DNA of 64,000 nucleotides from an uncultured delta proteobacterium (lineage in GTDB: Bacteria; Desulfobacterota; Syntrophorhabdia; Syntrophorhabdales; WCHB1-27). Below are positions 29,880 to 39,956 of this stretch, piece after piece (within the stretch, counting starts at the first letter, position 1; each line of letters starts with the position of its first letter). The position numbers were made by a program, and so were the translations under genes. Under the pieces are notes generated by a model. The model did no database searches. It saw only the letters and a program-made list of their open reading frames with translations, and was not told the DNA's origin. The stretch is from positions 96,001 to 160,000 of the forward strand of contig CAWEPK010000009.1 of the NCBI GenBank assembly GCA_963810935.1. Direction: 5' to 3'.

Positions 29880-31064
29880 TTAGTGCTGCTGCCTGTGTTT
29901 TGCCGGTATATAACGGCCGAGGTCCTTGTACACGCCTTTGTCGATGCGGTACATTACCATCGAAAGGCCGACGGGCTGGTGCGTCTTCGGCGAGATGGTG
30001 AGCACGCCGGTCGTCCCCTGGAGGCCGCTCACCTTGTTAAGGCCCTCGATGATCTTATCGGGGGTGGCCCCTCCGCCCTTCCTGATCCCTTCGGCGACTA
30101 CCAGCATCTTGTCGTATCCGAGGTAGACCTTGTTAATGGGGTCTTCGTTGTATTTCGCCTTGTATGCCTTCCTGACCTCCGTAAGCTGCGGCTCGCTGTC
30201 GGAGTAGTTATTCGCGAAGTAGATGTTGTTGGCCGCCTCCGGGTCGTTGACGAGGGAGGCAAAAGGCGCGGCATAGTCGAGCGCGCCGATGAAAGGCATC
30301 TTGAGGCCGAGCTGCTTGGCCTGCTTGGCCGTTATAACGAGGCCCTGGATATAGTTAGGGGCGAATACGCAGTCTGCGCCCGACGCCTTGATCTTCGAGA
30401 GCTGCGTCCTGTAGTCCCTGTCCGTCTTGCCGTATACCTCTTCATCCACGATCTTCGCCCCTACCGATTCTGCATAGGCCTTGAAGGGGCCGACCAACGA
30501 GACTGCGTACGCGTTCGACTGGTCGTAAAGGATGGCTATCTTTTTGAGACCGAGCTTCTCGACTGCGTAGCTCGCCATGATCTCGCCGTACTGCACGGTG
30601 CTCGGCTGGACAAGGAACATGCTGGGGTGCACCCTGCCGTCCTCGCCCACGGTCGCCCTCGGGTCTGCGAAGCTGCCTACGAAGGCGACCTTCTTCGCGT
30701 CTGCGACGGGGGCAAGGCCGATGCCGATGTTGCTTATAGGCGGCCCCAGCACCGCAACGGCCTTCGTCTGGTCGACGAGCCGGTTGAACGCCTTTATTGC
30801 CTCCTGGACGTCGCCTTTTGTGTCGAGGGTGACTATCCTGATCTTAGCGCCGTTGATGCCGCCCTGGGCGTTGATCTTCTCGGCGGCAAGCTCTGCGCCC
30901 CTCGCCACTGCGTTGCCCCATACGGACGTGGGCCCGCTGAGGTCCTGCAGGTTGCCGATGATGATCTCTTTAGCCGGCGCGGCGTTGCCCTGACCCTGCC
31001 CGGCAAAAAGGAACACAGCAATCGCGAACAGCGCGATCATTACCGTGACCGGATATCTTTTCAT
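29880..31064 (-). CDS. Liv-type ABC substrate-binding protein
   Basis: Signal peptide; DLSGP, INAQGGING, DYRTQLSKIK. Confidence 0.9.
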   Translation of the reverse strand: MKRYPVTVMIALFAIAVFLFAGQGQGNAAPAKEIIIGNLQDLSGPTSVWGNAVARGAELAAEKINAQGGINGAKIRIVTLDTKGDVQEAIKAFNRLVDQTKAVAVLGPPISNIGIGLAPVADAKKVAFVGSFADPRATVGEDGRVHPSMFLVQPSTVQYGEIMASYAVEKLGLKKIAILYDQSNAYAVSLVGPFKAYAESVGAKIVDEEVYGKTDRDYRTQLSKIKASGADCVFAPNYIQGLVITAKQAKQLGLKMPFIGALDYAAPFASLVNDPEAANNIYFANNYSDSEPQLTEVRKAYKAKYNEDPINKVYLGYDKMLVVAEGIRKGGGATPDKIIEGLNKVSGLQGTTGVLTISPKTHQPVGLSMVMYRIDKGVYKDLGRYIPAKHRQQH

Positions 31065-31120
31065 CTCTATCTCCTCCCTGATCTTATGGTTCTTCTTTTC
31101 AGGATACTATTATATATAGC

Positions 31121-32254
31121 CTATTTCTCCATGGAAGTCGCGCCAAAGTTTGAACCGGCAGGCAGAAGCACGGCTTTGAGGGCCTCCTTGCCCGCCATCG
31201 CCGCCAGGGCCTCGTTCGCTTCATCCAGCCGGAACCGGTGCGTGATCATTTTGGCGAATAGTTCCCTATCCGCCTCGATCAAGGCGAGGGCAAGCTGCGT
31301 ATGGCGCGTCCCGCTCACCCATACGCCCTGGATCTTGACGTTCTTTCTGACTATTTCCCTGAAGAAATCGACTTCGCATTTGCCCGGCGGCTGGGAAAAC
31401 CCGATGGAGAGATAGGTCGCGCCCGTCCGCAGGAGCCGCAATCCCTCCGGGACGGCCGACGGATCGCCCGCGGCCTCTACCACAACGTCCGCGCCCCTTC
31501 CTTCCGTCAGGCTCAGGATAAATTCTTTCCGCTCTTCGACGCTCGTTGCGCGCCGGTCGAGGACGTCCGTAGCCCCGAAGTCCTCGCAGAGGCGGAGGCG
31601 GTTTTCGGAGCCCCCTATGACTACGACACGGCCTGCACCGAGGCGCCTCGCGAAGGCGGCGGCGTAAACGCCCAATGGCCCCGGTCCCTGGATCACGACG
31701 GTGCTCCGCAGCGGGAAATGGTGCTCGTCGAAGGCATGGGCGACCGTTGCGCCCGAACATGACGCGGAGACGAAAATAGCCGGGTCTGCTTGGCGGTCGA
31801 TCTTAAAAATATCCGTAGAGGCGGTCAGCACAAGGTGCTCCGCGTAGCACCCGTTGATGCCCGGCGCGTCGTAAAGGGGCCGGTTGATCCCGTATACCTT
31901 GCGCTCCGGGCAGAGCCACGGCTGATTCAGGACAGCGCAGTAATAACAGCCGCCGCAACTCACACCCCGGCTCCAGAGGATGCGGTCGCCGGCAGCGAGC
32001 GCCTCCCCGGTCACGTATTTCTTCTTTCCATTCACTTCGATGATCGTGCCCACGCCTTCGTGTCCGAGCACGATGGGAAGCGGCGTCCTTTCGTCCTCGC
32101 CCTTCCACATGTGCACGTCGGAGCCGCAGACGCCGGCAGCGTCGATCCTGACAAGCACCTCCGACTCCCGCAGGGAGGGGACTTCGATCTCCCTCATCCT
32201 TAAGGGGGCGTTGAACGATTCAAGGACCATTGCCCTGGTCTTCAAAAAACCCAC
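31121..32254 (-). CDS. Zinc-dependent medium-chain dehydrogenase
   Basis: VCGSDVH, GHEGVG, CGGCYYC..C, GPGPLG. Confidence 0.9.
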   Translation of the reverse strand: MGFLKTRAMVLESFNAPLRMREIEVPSLRESEVLVRIDAAGVCGSDVHMWKGEDERTPLPIVLGHEGVGTIIEVNGKKKYVTGEALAAGDRILWSRGVSCGGCYYCAVLNQPWLCPERKVYGINRPLYDAPGINGCYAEHLVLTASTDIFKIDRQADPAIFVSASCSGATVAHAFDEHHFPLRSTVVIQGPGPLGVYAAAFARRLGAGRVVVIGGSENRLRLCEDFGATDVLDRRATSVEERKEFILSLTEGRGADVVVEAAGDPSAVPEGLRLLRTGATYLSIGFSQPPGKCEVDFFREIVRKNVKIQGVWVSGTRHTQLALALIEADRELFAKMITHRFRLDEANEALAAMAGKEALKAVLLPAGSNFGATSMEK

Positions 32255-32266
32255 CTCAAAAAATAT

Positions 32267-33626
32267 TCACAGGTGCTCCGCCACGCGGTCGCTCGTCGCG
32301 GGAGGCTTCCCTTCGCGTCCTTTCCGGTATATCGGTCCGTAGACGTCTTTGTCGCGGGGCACACAGCCGGCGCAGCCGCCGTCGCGCATGATCTCGGTGC
32401 ACTGGCTGCACGCGAGGCACGTTTCTTTCGGATCGAGCTTTCCCGTCTTCAGTATGTCGGCGGCGAACCCAGGATGCGCGATGGACTGTCTGCCGAAGCC
32501 GGCAAGCTTCAGCCAATTGTTTTCTATGCACCCTGCGGCGACGTTCGGCGCGAACTGCCTGAGCCAGCTTAAGCCCCCGCCCATAATGACAGCTTCAGGG
32601 ACGGCCGCCTGCATGGCCTTCGCGGCTGACAGCAGGAGTGACACGCCTTCTGCCGGGTGCACGGGCGGGATATAGGCCCCATTATTGTAGGGTCTCGTCA
32701 GGTGCGGATTATAATAAGGATTGCCCAGGCTGATGCCGAAGAGCTTCACGCCCTTCTCCCACAGCAGCCTCACTAGCGCGGCCGGCTCGGAATAATCCGG
32801 TCTACGGAAGTCGTCCTTATCGGCGCCCCAGTTATAGGGGTGTGGGGCCTGCTCGTAAACACCCAGACGTACCGCTATCGTCAGCCGGCCGCCCATCTCG
32901 CTTTTGATGGCGTCCACGATGGAGCAGAGCGCGCGCGTCCGGTTCTCGAAGCTGCCGCCGTAGCGCCCCGGCCTCGTATGGGCCGAGAGCAGCTCCCCCA
33001 GCAGGTAGCCGTGGCATGTCTTTATATCGACCGCATCGAAACCGGCCTGTGCCGCGTACTTGGCGGCAGAGACGAATTGCTCGATCAGCCGGTCGAGCTC
33101 CTCGTCGGAGATGACGCGCCCTTCCGGGCGACCTGCGTCAAGAAACGGGTTGCGCGCCGCGACGATAGGCGCCGGGGCATCGACAGGCTTGCTGTAGCGC
33201 CCGGAATGGGTCAACTGCACGACAGAATAAGGACGACCGTGGCCCGCTGCTTTCGACGCCGCGAGCATCTGGCCGAGGGCCGCTGCGATATCCGGCGCAG
33301 TCTCAGCGTTGATCTGCAATTGCCTCGGGTTTGCACGCCCCTCATTGACTACCGCCGTTGCCTCGAACCATACGAGGCCCGCCCCTCCCTCGCCGAAGCG
33401 ACTGTAACGGCGGCGCGTCAGGTCGCTCGGCCTGCCGTCGGGCGTGCCGTCGCACCCTTCCATCGGGTCGATCGCCAAACGGTTGGGTGCAAAGCCTGAG
33501 CCGATCTCGACCGGCCGGGACAGGACTGATAAGTTTTCAGAGATGGGTAAATCGATGCCGAGCCTCGCTAAGTCTTCCTTCAGCCTCGCCGAGGCTCTTG
33601 TAGCGAAAACGATCGTGCCGGGACAT
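32267..33626 (-). CDS. NADH:flavin oxidoreductase (Old Yellow Enzyme family); apparent +1 indel at ~33584
   Basis: PMEGCDG, QLTHSGR, GFDAVDIKTCHGYL, YGGSFENR, C-terminal CxxCxxC..C; RBS AAGGAGG and ATG at 33626 give MSRHDRFRYKSLGE, which joins the main frame if one base is removed. Confidence 0.85.
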
Positions 33627-33885
33627 TCACCCTCCTTCTTGCGGGCTGCCTCCATGACTCCTTTTGGCGGCAGACACCGTATTATAACACATACGAGGCA
33701 ACAGCGGAGCGGTCCGTGATGCTTAAAGCTCGCGTCATCGCCGTATGCCCTGCGGTGAGCGACAGACGGCATGTGTTAGCGACCAAAGAGGTACAGGCTT
33801 ATATACGGTAATATACGGAACAACGAAACGGCGCGTCAGAAATGCGCCCGCGTTACGGATGCCCGGAGGTGAATGAGATGAGATA

Positions 33886-33916
33886 CCCCTGCCCGGGCGA
33901 ATCCGCCGGGCAGGGG
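33886..33916 (-). terminator. Hairpin downstream of the Lys-rich micropeptide gene
   Basis: Perfect 11-bp stem CCCCTGCCCGG / CCGGGCAGGGG; weak U-tract. Confidence 0.55.
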
Positions 33917-33929
33917 CAACAAATAATGT

Positions 33930-34019
33930 CTACTTCTTCTTCGGAGCCGGTTTTGCTACTTTCTTTGCTGCCTTCTTCGCCGGTGCCTTTGCCGCTTTTG
34001 CTTCCATTTTCTTTGCCAT
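33930..34019 (-). CDS. 29-aa Lys/Ala/Pro-rich histone H1-like micropeptide
   Basis: MAKKMEAKAAKAPAKKAAKKVAKPAPKKK; AAGGGGG RBS; AT-rich upstream region; downstream hairpin. Confidence 0.7.
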   Translation of the reverse strand: MAKKMEAKAAKAPAKKAAKKVAKPAPKKK

Positions 34020-34254
34020 GTTTCCCCCTTAAGAAATGGATTTATATATGATCTAATTTTTTGTAAAAAATATGCAAGAAAAAAACGCATAATTTGAAAA
34101 AAAGTTTTCGAAACCTCATCCCGGACACTCCTGCTTCCGGTTCAGTGGAGTGTCGCTCTGCACTGAAATAGTGGTCCTGCCGCAGGCGGCAGGGTAGCGA
34201 GCTACAGGGAATGACCAAATTGACAGCCGTAGAGTAAAAGTGTAGACTCCGACC

Positions 34255-35934
34255 ATGACAGAGCGGCAGCGCCCGGCGAACGGACAGCACGGTCCGGAAG
34301 AAGGAACCGGGGATTCCGGAACCGCCGCGAAAGAGGCTGTCCGGCCGGAAGGAAAACAAGCGGCGTCCAGCCGCCACGCGATGCTCGTCGCATCGGGCAT
34401 CCTGCTGAGCCGCATCGCCGGTCTCCTGAGGGACCGCGTTTTTGCCCACTATTTCGGAAGCTCCGATGCGGCCGACGTCTTCAGGGCTGCTTTCCGCATA
34501 CCAAACCTTTTACAGAACCTTTTCGGCGAGGGCGCGCTTTCGGCGTCCTTCATCCCTGTTTACGCAAACCTGCTGGCGCGCAAGGAAGAGAAGGAGGCGG
34601 ATGAAGTCGCTTCCGCAGTCTTCTGCATGCTGTCGCTGGCAATATCGTTTTTGGTCCTCCTCGGCATACTGACGGCGCCGTATCTCACCGCGGTGATCGC
34701 GCCCGGTTTTTCCGGAGAGAAGCTCGACAGGACCGTTGCCTTGGTGCGCATCCTTTTCCCCGGCGCAGGATTGCTTGCGGTCTCCGCATGGTGCCTCGGA
34801 GTCCTTAACAGCCACAGGCGGTTCTTCATCTCTTACTCTGCCCCGGTTGCGTGGAACGTGATGATGATCCTGTCGATGGTCTGCTTTGGCGGCAGCCTCG
34901 ACCAGATAGCTCTCAGCAAGGTCCTTGCCTGGGGATCGGTCGCGGGCAGCGTGTTCCAGCTAGGTGTGCAGCTTCCCTGGGTCATGCGGCTTATGGGCAG
35001 GTTCAGGGCAGTGGTCGGCCTTGGCATGGAAAGCGTGAGGACCGTAATCCGCAACTTCCCGCCCATGCTCGTCAGCCGGGGCGTCGTGCAGATCAGCGCA
35101 TATGTCGACACGCTCATCGCGAGCTTCCTGCCTACCGGCGCCCTTGCGGCCATCGTTTACGCTCAGACCCTGTACATTATGCCGGTGAGTCTCTTCGGCA
35201 TGTCCGTGTCCGCTGCCGAGCTGCCCGCCTTTTCGAGCGCCCTGGGCGACACCGACGATATAAACGCCTACCTGCGGGCACGCCTTAACGCGGCCCTGCG
35301 ACGGATCGCATTTTTCGTCGTCCCGTCCGCCATGGTGTTCCTTGTGCTGGGAGACGTCGTGGCAGCGGCCATCTACCAGACGGGCAGGTTCGGGCGCCAG
35401 GACGCGGTTTACGTTTGGGCGATACTCGCCGGATACGCCATAGGGCTTCTCGCCAATACGTGCGGCAGGCTTTACGCGTCGGCGTTTTACGCGTTGCGCG
35501 ACACGCGCACGCCCCTGGGCTTCGCCGTGCTGCGCGTCCTTCTGGCTGCGCTGCTGGGATATATATCCGCCCTGCACCTGGTGCGTCTTGCCGGCCTCGA
35601 CGCACGATGGGGTACGGTGGGACTCGCCGCATCGGCCGGCATAGCCGGCTGGCTGGAATTTATTCTCCTGAGAAATGCCCTGAACGGACGCATCGGAAAA
35701 ACGGGCCTTTCCGCAGCCTTCTCCGGCAAGCTGTGGGCGGCGGCGGCGGTCGCCGCAGCGGCGGGCTGGACCGTCAAGCTGTCAATGCACGGCAATCACC
35801 CGATCACGCTCGCCGCAGCCTGCCTAGGGTTGTACGGCGTCGTCTACTTCTCCATGACCGCTCTGCTGCGCGTGCCCGAGATGCGGAGCCTCGCCGGAAA
35901 GGCTGCGCGCCTGGCGAAGAGCATGATTCGCTGA
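34255..35934 (+). CDS. murJ: Lipid II flippase MurJ
   Basis: SRIAGLLRD, AFRIPNLLQNLFGEGALSASFIP, AFYALRDTRTP. Confidence 0.95.
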   Translation: MTERQRPANGQHGPEEGTGDSGTAAKEAVRPEGKQAASSRHAMLVASGILLSRIAGLLRDRVFAHYFGSSDAADVFRAAFRIPNLLQNLFGEGALSASFIPVYANLLARKEEKEADEVASAVFCMLSLAISFLVLLGILTAPYLTAVIAPGFSGEKLDRTVALVRILFPGAGLLAVSAWCLGVLNSHRRFFISYSAPVAWNVMMILSMVCFGGSLDQIALSKVLAWGSVAGSVFQLGVQLPWVMRLMGRFRAVVGLGMESVRTVIRNFPPMLVSRGVVQISAYVDTLIASFLPTGALAAIVYAQTLYIMPVSLFGMSVSAAELPAFSSALGDTDDINAYLRARLNAALRRIAFFVVPSAMVFLVLGDVVAAAIYQTGRFGRQDAVYVWAILAGYAIGLLANTCGRLYASAFYALRDTRTPLGFAVLRVLLAALLGYISALHLVRLAGLDARWGTVGLAASAGIAGWLEFILLRNALNGRIGKTGLSAAFSGKLWAAAAVAAAAGWTVKLSMHGNHPITLAAACLGLYGVVYFSMTALLRVPEMRSLAGKAARLAKSMIR

Positions 35935-35999
35935 TCGAAGGCATGTAACCTGACACTGTCGTGCACTGCAAACCCTATTGTACGAACTTAAATAAAAAA

Positions 36000-36009
36000 T
36001 TGTATACAA
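36000..36009. promoter_or_regulatory. GntR/FadR-type operator palindrome
   Basis: Perfect TTGTATACAA 70 nt upstream of the GntR gene. Confidence 0.6.
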
Positions 36010-36079
36010 CCTGGTGACTTTTCATGTTAAAATATGATGGCTGAAATATAAAGAGTCATTCGCACGAAGGAGGACGGCA

Positions 36080-36775
36080 ATGAAGACGAGGGGCAGCGGT
36101 GAGGAACGCAAGAGAAAGAAGAAGAGGCTCCTGAGAGAGCACGTTTACGGGGGTATCAAGAACGCCATCATCTGCGGCGAATTCGAGCCTGGCAAGAGGC
36201 TTATAGAGGAAAGACTCGCGGAAGACATGAAAACCAGCCGCACTCCTGTGCGGGAAGCAATACAGAAGCTCGAAAAAGAAGGGCTCATCCAAAGACTTTC
36301 CAGGGGCGGCTTTTCCGTCAAAGGCGTCAGCGAGGAAGAGGTCGAGGAGGTCTTCGGACTGAGGGAAGTCCTCGAAGGTTACGCTGCTTTCCTTGCGACT
36401 GCGAGAATAGAAGAAGCCGAGGTCAAGATGCTCGAGCGTATCATCGGCCTCCAGGAAGCCTGCCTCCAGGAAATGGACGTCGACGAGTTCATAAGGCTTG
36501 ACACCGAGTTCCACGATAAGCTTTATCAGGCAGCCAAGAACAACCGGCTCTACATTCTGCTTAACGACCTGCGCGACTATATGTACCGCTACAGGGTCAT
36601 ACTGCTCCGCTACGGAAGAAAATCGACGGCTGCGGTCCAGGACCACAGGGACATGCTCGCGTCGGTGAAGGCGAAAAACGCCCGGCAGGTAGAGAAGCTG
36701 GTGCGTAAGCACATGACGCGCGGCAAGAACCTCATCAAGAAGAAGATAAGACAAGGACAGGAGCCAAGAATTTAA
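36080..36775 (+). CDS. GntR-family (FCD domain) transcriptional regulator
   Basis: PGKRLIEERLA, SRTPVREA, DTEFH, DHRDML. Confidence 0.93.
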   Translation: MKTRGSGEERKRKKKRLLREHVYGGIKNAIICGEFEPGKRLIEERLAEDMKTSRTPVREAIQKLEKEGLIQRLSRGGFSVKGVSEEEVEEVFGLREVLEGYAAFLATARIEEAEVKMLERIIGLQEACLQEMDVDEFIRLDTEFHDKLYQAAKNNRLYILLNDLRDYMYRYRVILLRYGRKSTAAVQDHRDMLASVKAKNARQVEKLVRKHMTRGKNLIKKKIRQGQEPRI

Positions 36776-36857
36776 ATCTAAATAATCGCCGGCGGGCCGC
36801 AGGTTTGCAACATTGGGGACGGCGTATGCCAGGGGGTCGGCGCCTAAAGGAGAAACT

Positions 36858-38630
36858 ATGTCGGGTATAGTCGAAAAATGGGTCGAGGAGCAGGCGGCGC
36901 TTACTAAACCCGCCAGAATATGGTGGATGGAGGGAACTGAGGAAGAGGCAAGGAAGCTCGTCGAGATAGGCATCAACGAAGAGAAGATAGCCGGCCGGCC
37001 GACCTTTCAGCCCCTCAATGCGTCCGTCTTCCCGGGGTCCTACATACACCGCAGCCATCCTACAGACGTGGCGAGGACCGAGCACCTGACGTTCGTCTGC
37101 CTGCCGAAAAAAGAGGACGCAGGCCCTAACAACAACTGGATGGAGCCGGGTCAGGCCAAAGAGATGCTCCGCCCTCTCTACGACGGCTGCATGAAAGGCA
37201 GGACGCTCTACGTCATCCCCTACATGATGGGCCACCCCGACTCTCCATACGCCAGGGCGTGCGTCCAGATCACCGACTCCGTCTACGTGGCAGTCAGCAT
37301 GTACATCATGACGAGGGTCGGCTCCTTCGTGCTCGACATCATCAATCAGAAGGGCCGCTTCGTGAAAGGCCTCCATTCAATAGGGGACCTCGACCCGCAG
37401 CGGCGCTTCGTCATGCATTTCCCGCAGGACGACCTGGTCATGAGCATCGGCTCCGGTTACGGCGGGAACGCACTTCTCGGAAAGAAATGCATCTCCCTGC
37501 GCATCGCTTCTTACCTGGGCTATCAGCAGGGATGGCTCGCGGAGCACATGATCATCATGGGCGTCCAGGACCCGGAAGGCGACATCACCTACATTCTCGG
37601 CTCGTTCCCGTCGGCCTGCGGCAAGACGAACCTCGCCATGCTCGACCCCGTCTTCGAAGGGTATAAGGTGTGGACGCTGGGCGACGACATCGCCTGGATA
37701 AACCCGGGGCCGGACGGCAGGCTCTACGCGATAAACCCGGAGGCGGGCTTCTTCGGCGTTGCGCCGGGCACCTCGGACAAGACAAACCCGAACATGATGA
37801 AGACCCTGAAGGGCAGCAAGTTCTACCCGACCCTTTTCACGAACACAGGCCTCGACACAGACAGCAATGCGCCCTGGTGGGAAGGCCTCACGGACAACCC
37901 GCCGGCCCACATGCTCGACTGGCAGGGACGCCCATGGGACACCTCCGCCGGACCTGCGGCCCACCCCAACTCACGCTTCACCGCTTCCATCTATAACTGC
38001 CCGGGCCTTTCGCCTGAGGTAGATAGCCCGAGGGGCGTGCCCATATCGGGCATCCTCTTCGGCGGCAGGAGGTCGAACACGATACCACTGGTCACGGAAT
38101 CCTTCGACTGGGAGCACGGCGTTTTCAGGGCATCCGCGAATGGGTCGGAAACGACCGCGGCAGCAACGGGCCAGGCGGGCGTCGTGAGACGGGACCCAAT
38201 GGCCATGCTTCCCTTCTGCGGATACAATATGGGCGACTATTTCACCCATTACCTGAAGGTAGGCGCGAACCTTGCGCACCCTCCGAAGATTTTCTCCGTC
38301 AACTGGTTCAAGAAGGACAACAATGGAAAGTTCATCTGGCCGGGCTTCAGGGACAACTCCCGCGTCATTAAATGGATGATCGACAGGATCAAAGGCAAGG
38401 TCGGCGGGGTACGGACCCCGGTCGGCATTATGCCGGAGCCTTCAGACTTCGACGTCAGCGGCCTTGATATCACTGATGCGACTATGAAGGAGCTGTTCAA
38501 GGTAGACAAGGCCGAGTGGGAAAAGGAGGTCGCGGAGACGGAAGCCTTCTACACCCAGTTCGGCGACAGGCTGCCCGCGGCCCTCACCGGAAGGCTCGCG
38601 GAGCTTAAAGAGGGCATCAAGAAGCTATAG
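36858..38630 (+). CDS. pckG: Phosphoenolpyruvate carboxykinase (GTP)
   Basis: DVARTE, GSGYGGNALLGKKC, FPSACGKTNLAM, GDDIAW, AHPNSRF, RDPMAMLPFCGY. Confidence 0.96.
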   Translation: MSGIVEKWVEEQAALTKPARIWWMEGTEEEARKLVEIGINEEKIAGRPTFQPLNASVFPGSYIHRSHPTDVARTEHLTFVCLPKKEDAGPNNNWMEPGQAKEMLRPLYDGCMKGRTLYVIPYMMGHPDSPYARACVQITDSVYVAVSMYIMTRVGSFVLDIINQKGRFVKGLHSIGDLDPQRRFVMHFPQDDLVMSIGSGYGGNALLGKKCISLRIASYLGYQQGWLAEHMIIMGVQDPEGDITYILGSFPSACGKTNLAMLDPVFEGYKVWTLGDDIAWINPGPDGRLYAINPEAGFFGVAPGTSDKTNPNMMKTLKGSKFYPTLFTNTGLDTDSNAPWWEGLTDNPPAHMLDWQGRPWDTSAGPAAHPNSRFTASIYNCPGLSPEVDSPRGVPISGILFGGRRSNTIPLVTESFDWEHGVFRASANGSETTAAATGQAGVVRRDPMAMLPFCGYNMGDYFTHYLKVGANLAHPPKIFSVNWFKKDNNGKFIWPGFRDNSRVIKWMIDRIKGKVGGVRTPVGIMPEPSDFDVSGLDITDATMKELFKVDKAEWEKEVAETEAFYTQFGDRLPAALTGRLAELKEGIKKL

Positions 38631-38649
38631 ATGCCTGCTGTAAGCAGCA

Positions 38650-38682
38650 AGGCATTAAGGTTCTTAATGCCTCTTCCTTTTT
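38650..38682 (+). terminator. Rho-independent terminator of pckG
   Basis: AGGCATTAAG-GTT-CTTAATGCCT followed by CTTCCTTTTT. Confidence 0.65.
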
Positions 38683-38684
38683 CT

Positions 38685-38739
38685 GAGGGGGAGGCTCCAC
38701 GGACTTTGTTCGTGGAGGGGGCGACGCAAGCCCCAGTAA
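38685..38739 (+). repeat. Dispersed structured repeat, copy 1
   Basis: GGGGGAGGC-[hairpin]-AGGGGGCG..CCCC(A/G)GTAA; same architecture at 58840-58892 and partially at 39939-39956. Confidence 0.6.
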
Positions 38740-38761
38740 TTGCAGCGCCGCGCTTTGCGGC

Positions 38762-39798
38762 CTAGCTTATAAAAACCTTGCTGTAACGGTCCATTTCCTC
38801 CAGGGCCTTGCCGCTGCCCATAACGACCGTCGTCAGCGGGTTCTCCGCGATGTTGACGTGCAGGCTCGTCTTCTCGGCAATCCTCATGTCGAGCCCTTTC
38901 AGGAGCGCCCCTCCGCCTGCCAGGGTTACGCCCGACTCCTGCAAGTCCGAGACAAGCTCAGGCGGCAGCTTCTCAGGGCCCTGCTTATTGAGTCGACTAT
39001 AGCCGCCACCGGCTCTTCTATCGCTTCCCTCACGTCGGCGCTGGTGATCGTCAGCGTCTTCGGGATGCCGTTCATCATGTCCTTGCCTACGACCGACATC
39101 GACCCGGCGTCCACCGCCTCGTGGGCCGAGCCTATCTGCATCTTCACTTTCTCCGCAGCATTAAGGCCGATGGCCACCTGGTATTTCTTCTGCAGGTAGC
39201 GCACTATCGCGTCATCCAACTCGTCGCCGGCCACCCTGAGAGATTCGCTGTAGGCGTTCGCAGATAAGCTTATGATCGCCACCTCCGTCGTGCCGCCCCC
39301 GATATCGACGACCATGTTCCCCTTTGGCAGCTCTATGGGCAACCCTGCGCCTATTGCCGCCGCCATCGGCTCCTCTATAAGGTGGACGTTATGGATGCCT
39401 ACCTGTAGGCAGGCGTCATAGACTGCTTTCTTCTCTACCTGGGTGATCCCGGTCGGCACGCAGACGACCATCTTCGGCCTGGACACGCGGTTCTTCTCCC
39501 TGACCGCAGTCAGAAAGTATTTAATCATCGCCTTGGTCACGTCGAAATCGGCGATAACGCCGTCCTTCATAGGACGTATGGCAGTCATCTGCTGCGGCGT
39601 CTTTCCTATGAACTCCTTGGCCTCTCTGCCCACTGCGATGACCTTGCCCGTGTTCCGCTCGATGGCTACGGCCGAAGGCTCGTTGAGCACGATGCCCGCA
39701 CCTTTCATGTAGATGAGCGTGTTCGCAGTCCCAAGGTCCATGGCGAAGTGCGATGAAAGGCCGGTGAAATAAGCGCCGAGTCTCCTGAACCATTCCAT
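38762..39798 (-). CDS. mreB: MreB-family actin homologue (no mreCD); apparent -1 indel at ~38975
   Basis: DLGTANT, RPMKDGVIADF, EEPMAAAIGAG, DIGGGTTE; the C-terminus (EKLPPELVSD..LAGGGALL) is in a shifted frame. Confidence 0.88.
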
Positions 39799-39938
39799 AC
39801 CTTTCGAATCCCCCTTTATCCATCTTCGGGGCAGACGATGCCCTCGATTAACAAGAACGTATTATTATGCCTTTTTTCTCCGGGAAGAAACAGACAAATT
39901 TGTCTCGGTCACCCGCATACTGCCCAGCCCCCCGCACA

Positions 39939-39956
39939 TTACCGGGGCTCAACGCC
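39939..39956 (-). repeat. Partial (3' end) copy of the dispersed structured repeat
   Basis: GGCGTTGAGCCCCGGTAA versus GGCGCTGACCCCCGGTAA in copy 2. Confidence 0.4.

Noticed and set aside
29883..31415. Long antisense ORFs (510 aa here; also 23608-24966, 51835-53010, 22556-23608)
   Set aside because: Shadow frames opposite well-supported genes, as expected at high GC; no motifs.
33627..33772. N-terminal extension of the OYE ORF in the ORF track
   Set aside because: Artefact of the indel at ~33584; the RBS-supported start is at 33626.
33842..34051. Plus-strand 69-aa Leu/Pro/Ser ORF
   Set aside because: Antisense mirror of the Lys-rich micropeptide, which carries the RBS and downstream hairpin.
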